Source of the DNA: a phage
Sequence record: NC_094493.1
Length of the DNA stretch: 64,000 nucleotides
Strand: one strand, 5' to 3'
Shown: piece after piece, positions 45,445 through 56,500 of the stretch
Numbering within the stretch: position 1 is the first letter of the stretch
How the letters are laid out: every line of letters starts with the position of its first letter
The notes under the pieces: generated by a model
Database searches by the model: none
Told to the model about the DNA's origin: nothing
What the model saw: the letters and a program-made list of their open reading frames with translations, nothing else
Program-made: the position numbers and the translations under genes

Positions 45445-48042
45445 ATGCGTATTCAACATAACATTGATAACGTATTTCAGATGATTGAGGGGCACAGGAA
45501 GTGCCTCGATAACAACACAGGTATTACCAACACCCCTACACAAAATAAGCTAGTAAACCCTGATGGTCTTATAGCTGCAGGGTGGGCAGGTAATAAGATA
45601 AATAATGATTGGGCAATGCATGAGTCCCAAGCTGTGTTGATTCTGGGATACATTGAAGCATACAGGGCATCGAAAAGCGATTTCTATCTGGATAGGGCAA
45701 AAGATGCTTGGGAAGCTTACAATAGCCATCTTCTGGGCGCATATGCAGTAGAAAGTAAAATGCAAAGATTGTCCCACTACCCTCTATCCACAGATGGGGT
45801 TCCATCACATGGTGGGTTTAAAGATGTGGTGGTGTCTTTTACCAACGGTAGAGGAAAAATCCCAGCTGGATCTCCGACATGGGGGGAATACCTGGACAAG
45901 GCATTCCAAGCGTATAAAGGTGTGTTAGGAAGAAACACTGTAGACTCTGATGTTTACGGTGGCACAGATGCTAACCCAGATTGGACAACATCCGGATTAA
46001 ATTGGTGGGTTGAGTGGTACATAGCATGGGATGGTAACCGCTATTGGGCTAACGGGAGCATAGCCGACAGTGGGCATACGTCTATAGAGTTCGGCACAAT
46101 CCAATTACAAGATAAGGGTGTTACAGGAAGCCACAAGGTGACCTATTGTGTAAGATTACCTCAAGAGCAGGGTGGATCGGTGATACCTGCTGGATCCCCT
46201 GTAATTGTAAATCCTATAAACGTGGTTGCAGATAATCAGGCCCCAGAGTTGGACGGGGAAGAAATGTGGTGTGACGCTTGTTATCAACTCTACACCTTGA
46301 CAGGTGAGGAAAAGTATCACACCGCATTTAAACAGTCTTACAACAAGTTGCTTAATTTCAGTGATATAAACGCCTACGACAAACTGTTTAGGAAGACCAC
46401 GTTGATTAAGGCACCGTTTACAGATGGTACTTGTCTTGTTGCAGGAACAGTTCCTGTCATGAGCAGGGACAGTGACGGATATATCAATTTTAGAATGAAC
46501 GCACGCCAGCCTTGCGAAATAATTCAAAAAGGGACTACATACAAAATAGGCAGAGATGCTGAAATTGTTATGAATTTCGGAGGAGAAGGGGTTCTGTTCC
46601 AGCCACATTTCATCCTTAATGATGGCAACAATAACAAAAAACAGTACAGGATAGGTGTTCCTTTTGGAGGGGCAGAGGTAACAGAAATAGTTGCCAAGGT
46701 TACTGATTTCGTAGAGGTGGTTGGTAAAGACGGTAATCCATATCTCTTACCTAAAGAGGAAAACATTGTCGTAAGTGGTGGCGCTAGTGTTAGTATGCAG
46801 TATGATACCGACATTTACAACCACTCTGACAACTTCACCCGTTGTAATATAGTAAGAGGTAAAGTAACTTTCAATTTTGGAAGAGAGATTTCTTTAAACT
46901 CAGTAACTTATCGATCAGATGATGAGATGGTAAGGGTCAAATTTCTTGACAAAGACAGGTGGTTATGGTATGCTGATCTATATGCCACTAATGGACAATG
47001 GATAACAGAAACTCTTACTCTAGGAGATTTCAAACTAGATCCGACACAACCTCATCACACTGAAGAAGAGATTAAACCTTTCTTTGCTAATCCTAAGGGG
47101 CTCACCTCTGTAGATTTCAGCCTAAGCGACAGACAGATAGGTAATGGCTTGTTTGATCTGTACTGCGTAAACACGCTGCCGCAGTTCTATATTGCAGATA
47201 GGGATGCTTATCTAATATGGTTTAGCGTATGGATGGCAAGCAAGACAGAATCAACCGCCAAGGTTGGTGATTGCTATGTCAGAAACTACAAGCAAGGCGC
47301 ATACAGGCACACACCGGGTGTGTTCCCTGCCGGAAAGGTGATAGATAAGGAAAACTATCTCTTAGAGGAAAAGCCAAATTGGCCCTACCCTGGCATGCAA
47401 TACCCAGCAGTATACTGCATGGGTGCAGAAAACATAGATCGCCATAGATTGTCAAATACAATAGGCTTTCTGTATGACGCTCAAGTCTGGTATAATAATA
47501 CATTTAAGACAGAGGGTCCAGTTGCCTCACGTTATGTATGGCAGAGAGGTAATGAAGGGTTGACTGGTTGGTGGGAGATGGTAGATAACTCTAAGCTCCA
47601 GTCAAGATCTTTTGTTGCTGCGTGCCGCACAATCTATGAGCTCAAGAAACATAAAGAACCTGTTGATGAAAGATTATTCCTGTTCTGCCAGAAATGGGCA
47701 TGGTTCCTCAACAGATTCCAGTCATCTCATTCAGGAAATCTGCCTACAGACTTTAACACCTCTGGGGGATATTCTTATCAAGACAGAGGGGACAGGATGT
47801 GGGTGGTAGGTGAATGGCTTGCAGGTTGCTGCTGGCTAGGTCTGTGCGGGTATTCAGAGACAATACCCCAAATAGATATTGTTGTAGAAGCCTGTGTGAA
47901 GCTGCTGCAAAAGCACCACTTCATTAATGGGGATAATGTTTTAAACGGCTGCTGGGCAGTTTCTGATCCGGTTGGCTATCACTCTGGCGAAATCCTTCGC
48001 GGTCTGGGACTTTATGCTCAATACCGTGGATTGTACCTTTAA
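45445..48042 (+). CDS. Large tail/baseplate protein (865 aa), possible tailspike
   Basis: Large ORF within the tail module; no motif recognised. Confidence 0.35.
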   Translation: MRIQHNIDNVFQMIEGHRKCLDNNTGITNTPTQNKLVNPDGLIAAGWAGNKINNDWAMHESQAVLILGYIEAYRASKSDFYLDRAKDAWEAYNSHLLGAYAVESKMQRLSHYPLSTDGVPSHGGFKDVVVSFTNGRGKIPAGSPTWGEYLDKAFQAYKGVLGRNTVDSDVYGGTDANPDWTTSGLNWWVEWYIAWDGNRYWANGSIADSGHTSIEFGTIQLQDKGVTGSHKVTYCVRLPQEQGGSVIPAGSPVIVNPINVVADNQAPELDGEEMWCDACYQLYTLTGEEKYHTAFKQSYNKLLNFSDINAYDKLFRKTTLIKAPFTDGTCLVAGTVPVMSRDSDGYINFRMNARQPCEIIQKGTTYKIGRDAEIVMNFGGEGVLFQPHFILNDGNNNKKQYRIGVPFGGAEVTEIVAKVTDFVEVVGKDGNPYLLPKEENIVVSGGASVSMQYDTDIYNHSDNFTRCNIVRGKVTFNFGREISLNSVTYRSDDEMVRVKFLDKDRWLWYADLYATNGQWITETLTLGDFKLDPTQPHHTEEEIKPFFANPKGLTSVDFSLSDRQIGNGLFDLYCVNTLPQFYIADRDAYLIWFSVWMASKTESTAKVGDCYVRNYKQGAYRHTPGVFPAGKVIDKENYLLEEKPNWPYPGMQYPAVYCMGAENIDRHRLSNTIGFLYDAQVWYNNTFKTEGPVASRYVWQRGNEGLTGWWEMVDNSKLQSRSFVAACRTIYELKKHKEPVDERLFLFCQKWAWFLNRFQSSHSGNLPTDFNTSGGYSYQDRGDRMWVVGEWLAGCCWLGLCGYSETIPQIDIVVEACVKLLQKHHFINGDNVLNGCWAVSDPVGYHSGEILRGLGLYAQYRGLYL

Positions 48043-48077
48043 CATAGGGGGCTGTTTGCCCCCTTTCAGGAGAAAGA

Positions 48078-51000
48078 ATGGCTGATATTAAAGTTGTCAG
48101 AATTGAATCTCTTCCTGCCACTACCGCAGTGACAGAGGATGATTACCTGGTTGTTCAACAACCAGACCTGACTCGTCGTGTAAAAATTGGCGATGTTGTC
48201 CATGTGGATGGGACTGTTTCTCATGTAATCTCCTTTAAGGAAGGTGGTAAGTTAAACGGCCCAATGGATTTTGCCTACTTCGAAGAGGAAGACCTCTACC
48301 TGCGTTGGAAAGGCGAATTTCCACACACTGTTCCTGCACTATCTTCACCGTACTCCGATGGTGGGATTACTGACGCTGCATGGATGGTATATACTGACCC
48401 GTCCCTAAGGGAGGAGCTGGAATCTACCATTGGCGCATCTATGATCATGACAGCCGAAGGGCAGTCTGTCCAGGATGTAATGGATGTTACTGTTCAGACA
48501 GCTAACGATGCTAAAGCCCTTGCACAGCGTGTAGATTTTGGTACAGTGCACACTGTAGGTGATGTTATCCACCTTGATAACTTTGTTGGCCCTGCAGTTA
48601 TTGAAGAGGGAAGAACCACCAACTACCCTTCTGTAGCAGCTGGTGAAAAATTTCTGAACGGTGTGGTATCTCGTCGTGATACTACAACTGTTGATGGCAT
48701 TTTCCGTGGCGCTACCTCCGGAGCCATGTATACCATCGCAGTAACCAACGGTGTAGCGACAACAAAAAGAATAGCACTTCGTGATGAATTTAAACGCCTA
48801 GAGGCAAACAACCCAACAAGAACAGTTATCCGTGCTGGAGATGATTTAAACACGGCAGGGTACTTGCAGCTTGACGCAACAGGCCGTTGGGGTATGTGGA
48901 ACCAACAAACAGCCTCGTGGCAACCTCTTGCTATAGAGCAAGGCGGCACAGGGGCTAGAGATGCCGCTGGAGTCCGTATCAATATCGGTGCTTTCTATAA
49001 GCAACGTGCAGCCCTTGAGCCAAATTTCAATATCAATAACTTGACTGGTAATCAGGATGGTGTATACTACCAGCCGATGACTGCTTATGCAACTGAGGCA
49101 AATGGTTACCCTGCAGGTTCTGGTGCTGGTCACCTGATTGTTTGGCAGAACAATGCTAACGGCGGTACAGGTTGTCGTCAGGAATACTATCCATTCTCTA
49201 ACGTAGATGTTTGGTATTTAAGAACCTATCAGGCCAACACAAATCAGTGGACTGCATGGCAGCCGATGGTCAGACCTCGTAACGATGATACCTTTAGAGC
49301 GCACATCGGTCTCGGGTCTAGAAACTCCCCTACCTTTGGGCACCTTTACCTGTCTCAAAGTTCTGCTGATGTTAAGTCAGCATCAGGTATTGTTAACGGG
49401 GACAAATACAGCGCTGACGGTGTCCTTGAGCATGGATATAGGATCTACTCTGAGGTAAGAAACGACAATAAGGCTTGGTTGACAATCCACCTGCACAAAG
49501 GTGCAAAAGGATCTGAAACTCATAGATATTTAGGTTTCCGCGAAGATGGCGTGTTAGACTGCCCTAAATACATGCAGGTTGGGGATCTTACTGGTCAGCT
49601 GACAAACTGGGGTCTTGGAGAATGGATCCGTAGTTCAGGGGCAGAAAGAGGCTTCTGGGGGTCCAAGAAAGCCGCCAAGATGGTTGTCTGGGATGGTGGG
49701 ATGGACGAATCCGGTAACGGCACTCTGGAATGGGGTGTTTATAACAACCGGAAGGCCAAGTGGGAACCTTTACCTCAAGCCGCAGGTGGTACTGGGGCTA
49801 CAACTTTAGCAGATGCTCAGAATCTGTTCAAAGTTCCTATAGCAGCAGGTGTGAAAGACTTCTTAACACTGCCAAGAACCGCAGGGATGGAAGATGGGAA
49901 ATACTACCCGATCATCGTTAGAACAGATCCGTATTACGCCCCTTCGACAGGTACAGATATTACCATAGTCACCAGGTCTTCATCTGGAAATGACCCTATG
50001 AACTGTGCCACCCTGCAGTGTCACTATAGAACTGGCGGCTGGACGGACAGGGGAGACTCTTTCTACGGGGTAGTAAATTTCTACCAGAATGAAAAAGCAC
50101 TTCTTGGGATGGTTGCTCCAGCAAGGGGTAAACAAGAGTATGTTGCTTTCTATGCAGAGGCTCGTGCTTTCCCTGTCAGCATATACGCAAGTAGAAATGT
50201 TGTCGAAGTGTTTACCAGAGAGCAAGATTACCAGGTTGGGGCTGTAACAGCCAATCAGGATGGGGTTAAGTTCGTTGCACCTCTTCAGTCAGCAGATTTG
50301 AATCTCGCTATTCTTGGAGATAACAACACCAATACCAGACCTATTGTTGACTTCAAAGGTACTTCAGGGTTCTACACTGGCGGCGGCACACAGTGGCACT
50401 ATATAGGCACTGCTGAACGCTATGCTGTGATGAGCAAAATGAATATGCCTAAAGTCGAGCTATGGGCAGACGGTATTGACTACCTTTGCCCTGGTAGTCA
50501 GACCACTCGAAAAGCACTGTTCTCTAATGCAGGGTTCCAGGCTGCGTCGGAAGGAACAGAGGATCTGATCAACAACACCTTTACCTCTAAATGTGGTAAT
50601 GGTGCAAGACTGCAAGGACAGGCAGAGTTCAGATCTACTCCAGAAGCTGCTCAAGTTATTGTTCGTGATGTTGTAGGCACAGCTCATAGATTCTACAACT
50701 TCAACAAAGATGGCACTTTCTCAGCTCCGGGCGGTTTTGTATGCCACACGGGTGCAGACTGGAACAACCAGTTTGGGCCTAACAACCCGTCAAAAATAAT
50801 AGCTGGTAATGTTAACGGCCCACAAGATACCATGGTTGTAGGCGGGTTATCTGTAGGATTCTCGGGAAACTACGCTTTCCAGATTGCTGGCAGACAAAGT
50901 AACTTATACACCAGGTCTATAGAAGGTGGTAATCACCATCCCTGGAATAAGGCTATGCAACACAGGGGTCAAGGTCTTGGTTCTTCAGACCTTAACACCT

Positions 51001-51896
51001 ATCACGGATTGTGGGAAGGTATTTACCATCAGCCTGCAAATAATGATGCAACATATGATCGTCATTATCCCGTAAATGAGGCCGGAACACTTATTGTGTT
51101 GCAAAATAACGCCAATAACGGTAATGGGTGTGTTCAAGAATATATTACCTACCATGGCGATAGATTTACACGTTATGGGAATATGGTGAAACAGGTCTTC
51201 ACTTGGGGCCCGTGGACCCAAACAGGTGGTAATGGTGTTAGCTTCAGATATGGAGGAACAACTCCCGAAGGGGAAATACCGACCTCAGAGTTAAAGGTAT
51301 ATATTTCTGGAAGCCATGTTACTAATAACGGTGGCAACATGCCTGCGAATAGCGCTCATATGCACTATTGGGGCAACGGCAGCACAGGGGATCGCCCAAA
51401 CGTGTTAGAGTTTAAGGTTCTTGACGAGTCTCAAGCAAATTGGGTATGGCATTGCGGTACCTTGCCAGATAAATCAAGATATTTTGCTGTCAACGGTACG
51501 GTAGAATGTACTACTGTTAGCCAAAGTTCCGATAGGGACCTGAAGGATAACATAGAGGTCATACCTAACGCTCTGGAAGCAATTAGAAAAATGAAAGGTT
51601 ATACCTACACCTTGAAAGAGAATGGTATGCCTTATGCAGGCGTGATTGCTCAAGAGGTTATGGAAGCATTGCCAGAGGCAGTAGGATCTTTCGTAAAAAG
51701 GAAGGAAATAGAAGGTCCTACTCAAGACGGTATTCCTCTGATGACCGAGGAAAGGTTCTATAACGTTGACTACGCAGCTGTAACAGGCTTGCTTGTCCAG
51801 GTTTGCAGGGAACAGGACGATAAAATAACCGCCCTTGAGGAGCAGGTTAAAAAATTGACAGAGGTTGTTACTGGATTGCAAGAGAAACTGAAGTAA
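48078..51896 (+). CDS. Long tail fibre with C-terminal intramolecular chaperone (peptidase S74-like) domain
   Basis: 1272 aa; C-terminal SSDRDLKDNIEV...GYTYTLKENG matches the autoproteolytic chaperone signature. Confidence 0.65.
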   Translation: MADIKVVRIESLPATTAVTEDDYLVVQQPDLTRRVKIGDVVHVDGTVSHVISFKEGGKLNGPMDFAYFEEEDLYLRWKGEFPHTVPALSSPYSDGGITDAAWMVYTDPSLREELESTIGASMIMTAEGQSVQDVMDVTVQTANDAKALAQRVDFGTVHTVGDVIHLDNFVGPAVIEEGRTTNYPSVAAGEKFLNGVVSRRDTTTVDGIFRGATSGAMYTIAVTNGVATTKRIALRDEFKRLEANNPTRTVIRAGDDLNTAGYLQLDATGRWGMWNQQTASWQPLAIEQGGTGARDAAGVRINIGAFYKQRAALEPNFNINNLTGNQDGVYYQPMTAYATEANGYPAGSGAGHLIVWQNNANGGTGCRQEYYPFSNVDVWYLRTYQANTNQWTAWQPMVRPRNDDTFRAHIGLGSRNSPTFGHLYLSQSSADVKSASGIVNGDKYSADGVLEHGYRIYSEVRNDNKAWLTIHLHKGAKGSETHRYLGFREDGVLDCPKYMQVGDLTGQLTNWGLGEWIRSSGAERGFWGSKKAAKMVVWDGGMDESGNGTLEWGVYNNRKAKWEPLPQAAGGTGATTLADAQNLFKVPIAAGVKDFLTLPRTAGMEDGKYYPIIVRTDPYYAPSTGTDITIVTRSSSGNDPMNCATLQCHYRTGGWTDRGDSFYGVVNFYQNEKALLGMVAPARGKQEYVAFYAEARAFPVSIYASRNVVEVFTREQDYQVGAVTANQDGVKFVAPLQSADLNLAILGDNNTNTRPIVDFKGTSGFYTGGGTQWHYIGTAERYAVMSKMNMPKVELWADGIDYLCPGSQTTRKALFSNAGFQAASEGTEDLINNTFTSKCGNGARLQGQAEFRSTPEAAQVIVRDVVGTAHRFYNFNKDGTFSAPGGFVCHTGADWNNQFGPNNPSKIIAGNVNGPQDTMVVGGLSVGFSGNYAFQIAGRQSNLYTRSIEGGNHHPWNKAMQHRGQGLGSSDLNTYHGLWEGIYHQPANNDATYDRHYPVNEAGTLIVLQNNANNGNGCVQEYITYHGDRFTRYGNMVKQVFTWGPWTQTGGNGVSFRYGGTTPEGEIPTSELKVYISGSHVTNNGGNMPANSAHMHYWGNGSTGDRPNVLEFKVLDESQANWVWHCGTLPDKSRYFAVNGTVECTTVSQSSDRDLKDNIEVIPNALEAIRKMKGYTYTLKENGMPYAGVIAQEVMEALPEAVGSFVKRKEIEGPTQDGIPLMTEERFYNVDYAAVTGLLVQVCREQDDKITALEEQVKKLTEVVTGLQEKLK

Positions 51897-51902
51897 CTGT
51901 TT

Positions 51903-51929
51903 TGCCCTCGCTTCGGCGGGGGCTTTTTG
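51903..51929 (+). terminator. Rho-independent terminator
   Basis: GCCCTCGC-TTCG-GCGGGGGC followed by TTTTTG. Confidence 0.6.
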
Positions 51930-51935
51930 TTTGTA

Positions 51936-51964
51936 TTGCGTATTAACTCAAAATCTGGTAAAAT
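51936..51964 (+). promoter_or_regulatory. Sigma70-type promoter (TTGCGT, 17 bp, TAAAAT with upstream TG)
   Basis: Read directly from sequence. Confidence 0.45.
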
Positions 51965-51995
51965 AACTATCATGATTGTTTAACCTGGAGGCACA

Positions 51996-52586
51996 ATGTT
52001 TTTATGGGAAAGGCCTAGATACCTTCCAGATATTAGATTGGAGCTGCTGGCAGATATTGTTACGTTTAAAAGTCCGTTTACAGGTAAAACGCAAAAAGTA
52101 ACCTATGCCACACCTAACTGGAAAGGCACTTTGACGGTTTCCAATATCAGCGAGTCACAGTTGCTAGAGCTTAAGAGCTTTGTTGATCAGGTGTATAAAG
52201 ATGGAAACATCTTTCTTATTAAAACTTACGGTCACTCAGTTACAGCTAATGAGCCAATCGCCCTTGGGCCTACTGGTAACGACGATTTTTTGAAGACGGT
52301 TGGGTGGGAGCCAAACAGAGACATAGCCAGAGCTGGGGATAAAATATCTGTCAATGATGAATTGAAAGTGGTAACAGCTCCAGTGCGTAGCGATGGTGTT
52401 GGGTCTGCTGTTATAAGCATATCTCCAAGACTTAGAAAACCTATTGCCGCAGGGGACACTATGAAGATAATAACTCAATCCCCGAAGGGTAGGTTTCATA
52501 TCAGAGATATTTATAAAATTAAGCAAAAAGTCGATGCTATGCAAAAAGGTGATAATATAGTTATCAACTTCTTTGAGGATTTCTAA
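51996..52586 (+). CDS. Hypothetical tail protein (196 aa)
   Basis: ORF with GGAGG RBS. Confidence 0.3.
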   Translation: MFLWERPRYLPDIRLELLADIVTFKSPFTGKTQKVTYATPNWKGTLTVSNISESQLLELKSFVDQVYKDGNIFLIKTYGHSVTANEPIALGPTGNDDFLKTVGWEPNRDIARAGDKISVNDELKVVTAPVRSDGVGSAVISISPRLRKPIAAGDTMKIITQSPKGRFHIRDIYKIKQKVDAMQKGDNIVINFFEDF

Positions 52587-52587
52587 G

Positions 52588-53139
52588 ATGATCAGAGCGC
52601 CATTAGATAATTTATTTCTTGAAAAGCTGGAGCTTGATGGTGTTGAGATCTTAATTGCTGCAAAGCTGGAGCTACCGACAGGAACTGTCAGGGTGTGCTC
52701 AGGCACTGGTGTTGTAGTAATTGAGGGGCAACATTTTATAGGGATAGGTGGATCAGCAACGTTAACTGCTGTGTCTGAGAAAGATGCCACCAACTTCGGA
52801 TCTGTGGTAGCGACATTGAACGGGTTTGATCCTAAGTATGTGGGTGATCTTCTGAAGACGGAGTATTCCGGTTGTCGTGCCACGTTGTACATTACCGCTA
52901 TGGAGAATGGTCTGCCTGTCACAACTAATGGCTTGTTTGACGGCCTTATAACAGATATGGCTATTCAGACAGGGGAGAATAGTGCTTTGTCCATATCCAT
53001 CTCTTCCATCTTCAATAGTTGGTTAAGAGGTTTTCCTTATCGGTACACGGAGGAAAGCCACAGCTCAAGAAACGATAATGACAGATTTTTTAAATATGTG
53101 GATCAGGTGGCGAGCCGCCCGATCATTTGGGAGGTTTAA
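52588..53139 (+). CDS. Hypothetical tail protein (183 aa)
   Basis: Start moved to ATG after GAGGA RBS. Confidence 0.3.
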   Translation: MIRAPLDNLFLEKLELDGVEILIAAKLELPTGTVRVCSGTGVVVIEGQHFIGIGGSATLTAVSEKDATNFGSVVATLNGFDPKYVGDLLKTEYSGCRATLYITAMENGLPVTTNGLFDGLITDMAIQTGENSALSISISSIFNSWLRGFPYRYTEESHSSRNDNDRFFKYVDQVASRPIIWEV

Positions 53140-53564
53140 TGAGCACACACCCTCGTTTAGTGGATTGGCAAGAAAGATTGTGGAAAGTGTTTGACGAAGA
53201 GGCCACCATACCTTTTGAATGGGGATTCCACGATTGTTGCACCTTTGCGGCTAAGTGTGTTGATGCCCAATACGGAACAGATTTTCTTTCCAACTTCGAA
53301 GGAACGTATAAAACAGAGTTGGAAAGCAAAAGATGGTGCATGCTTCGTTTCAAAACTACACACCTGCCTACTATTTTTGATCTCTTTATGACTCGGCTGG
53401 ATACTCCTAAACAGGTTCAGCGTGGAGATATTGTCATTTTCGAAGGTCTGAACGGGCTCACCGCTGGTGTGTTCTGGAACAACCAGATTTGGGCGAAAGG
53501 TGATAAAGGGGTCTTTATGTTCGACATGAAAGATTCTATCGTTGTTGATGTCTGGAGGTATTAA
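53139..53564 (+). CDS. Putative tail assembly protein with NlpC/P60-like Cys-His core (lambda K-like)
   Basis: Start moved to ATG after GGGAGG RBS; FHDCCTF Cys motif; directly precedes the J-like gene. Confidence 0.4.
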   Translation: MSTHPRLVDWQERLWKVFDEEATIPFEWGFHDCCTFAAKCVDAQYGTDFLSNFEGTYKTELESKRWCMLRFKTTHLPTIFDLFMTRLDTPKQVQRGDIVIFEGLNGLTAGVFWNNQIWAKGDKGVFMFDMKDSIVVDVWRY

Positions 53565-56500
53565 TGCCAATTGCAATGATTGATAACATCGTTGCTTCTG
53601 CAAGATCTTCAAGTTATGACTGGAACGCATCCAAGGCAGCTCTGGCTGACAGCCTGAACACTGTTACCACCAGAACTCTGGATAAGATTTTTGAGGGCAA
53701 CAAATCTTACAGAAGTCAGCAAGATAGACAAAAGCTTCTCAGATCTTCTGCTGCACCTTGCTCTGTAGTGTATGGTAAGACACGTACGTCTGGATTGCTT
53801 GCGTTTTTGGAGCAGGACAGAGACAGAACTCTCCACTGTGCTATTGTTCTTGCCAACCACCCTCTGGAAGATATAGAAGATATACTTATCGACGGTAATC
53901 CTATTTCCTCGTATGGAGATCTGGTATCGTGGGAGCTACATAACGACAGAAAAACATCTGATCCTTTCATGGGTACACACTGCCCATCATGGTCACCAGA
54001 CATGATAGGTAGAGGGATCAGTTGGCTACGTGCCAGCTTCAGGTTTGACCCTAATAAGTTTCCTTTTGGGTTGCCAAACGTTACACTCGTTAAGGTTGGT
54101 AAAAAATGCTATGATCCTCGTATCAGTAAAGAGGTGTACACCAATAACGCAGCCTTGGTGATCCTGGACTATTTAAGAACGTACCTTAAATGTCCTGACG
54201 AAACCATCAACTGGGAGTCCTTTAAGGAGGCTGCCAACATATGCGACGAGGCGGTAAAAAACGCTGACGGAACCAGTGAGCGACGTTACACCATTAACGG
54301 TGAGTTTGACATGGATGAGGCCCCAGCAAGTATTATGGCAGAAATGCTGAAAGCTTGCGGTGCAGACCTTAGTTATGTTGCTGGTAAGTATGGTTTGCTG
54401 GTTGGTGCATACTATGGTCCGGCAACAATGACATTGAGTGAGGACTGTGTCTGTGGTGAGGTTAAGATCTATCCGGAAGCCTCATTTGACAAAAGATCTA
54501 ACACAATAACTGGCAGATTCACTAGTCCGACCAAAGGGTATTCTGAAACAGATTTTCCATCAGTGTTTGTCCCAGAGTGGATAGAGAAGGATGGAGAAAG
54601 AAAGATAATCGATATAGACTATCGCTTTGTTACCAGCCCTTATCAAGCTCAGCGTGTTTCTGCAATATTCTTAAGACGTGCCAGAGCTGGCAGGATTATT
54701 GAAGTCACCTGCAATATGCGAGGTTTTAAATTTAAGCCTGGTCGTTACGTCACAATGGACCTTCCAAGCATTGGTATAGTGGGCCAAGAAATGAGGGTTC
54801 TCGAATGGGAGTTCACTAAAAAGGGTGGTGTCAAGGTAAAACTTCGTCAAGATGCTAAAGAGTGGAATGATGCCACCGGGCAACTTCCGGATTCTGGCGA
54901 TGTAGATATTCCGATATCCCCATCCGGTGTAGCTCAACCGCAAAACTTCAGATACTCCGTCCTCCAAGCTGGGGAAATAACTCACGGTGTTCTGGCTTGG
55001 GACAACGTTGGGACTTACGCTCAAAATATTGTGCAGGTAAGAAAGAACGGAGAGATTGTTTGGACAGCACAGACAGTTGAGCAGTTTGTCCGAGTAGAAG
55101 GCTTGACCAAAGGGTCATACACAGCAACCGTGGTTGCAACATCTTATAAAGGTGGTGTATCTCCAGAAGCGTACTGCGAGTTTAACATTCAGGCACCTGA
55201 AGCTCCGGTTTCTGTAGAGGTTAAGCAGGGATACTTTGCTATCACCTTGATTCCGCATAGTAGGGATTTAGCAAGCGTAAGCACCCAGTATGACTTTTGG
55301 ACATCTGGTATGACAAGGTTGCCAGACACCAGTGATGCAACCGTTACTTCAAAAGCCACCCGTATGGGTGTTGGTTCAACTTGGACATCTGAAGGTCTCC
55401 AGAACGATAAGGTTTATTATTGGTATATTCGAACCACAAACGCTTTTGGTAGCTCTCAGTTTGTAGAATGCGCTGCACGCTGCTACACCTCTATTGAGGA
55501 TTTGATGCCTCAGATAGATGCTGAATTCAAAAAGACAGAAACTTATAAAGAGTTGATGAGCACTTTGGATTCCTCTATTGAAGAGGTTGAAAATCGTGTC
55601 ACAGAACTTAACAGGTACATGGATGGTAGGGTAGATGAGGCATTCCAGCAACTTGGAGACAGAATAGGTGCGGTAGTTACAGAGACAACTCAGAAGTTTG
55701 AGGATGTCAATGGCAATATCACAGCGCTGGATAGGAAACTTGTTGCTGCACAGAACAAGTTCACCAACGATCTGAACACTGAAAGTGGAAGATTGGCATC
55801 TCTGATTGAGACAACCAATAAAGCAACCACTGATCTTCTGAACAAAAAGACAGAGGCTTTAGATGAGAAATTGGTTGCCGCCAAAGGTGAACTGGTAGAG
55901 CAGATAGAGGGAGTTGAGAGCGGGTATTTAGCCGGAGATAAAACTCTAGATGGTAAGATCAATACTCAGAGAACAGAACTTGACGCAAGCATCTTGAGCA
56001 CCAACCAAGCCACTGTGGATCTTTTGAACAGGACATCTGAAACTCTGGATCAAAAGATTAGTCAGACAAACGCGACGGTATCTAAAAACTATACCACCCT
56101 TGACGGAAAGATAACTACCGCAAAAACTGACCTCAACACCTTGATTGCCAATACCAACAAGGCCACCACTGACCTGCTGAATCAGAAAACATCTGCACTG
56201 TCAGAGCAGATAACTTCTGCACGTGGGGAGATTTCTACCAACAAGCAAGCGATTGATGCTTTGGATGGAAAACTGACCTCCACAAAAACAGCGCTGGATG
56301 CTACAATTTCCGATACCAACAAAGCCACTGTGGACCTTATCAACGGCACAGCGTCAGCTATTCGTCAAGAACTTGCTGTTGCTAAGCAGGAGATCATGGA
56401 TGATGTTGGGGATGTGTCTGAGATCAGGGCTGCAGTAGCTACAACATCTAAGGCTGTAACCGACTTAGAGGGTAAAGTAAATGCTCAATGGGGCACAAAA

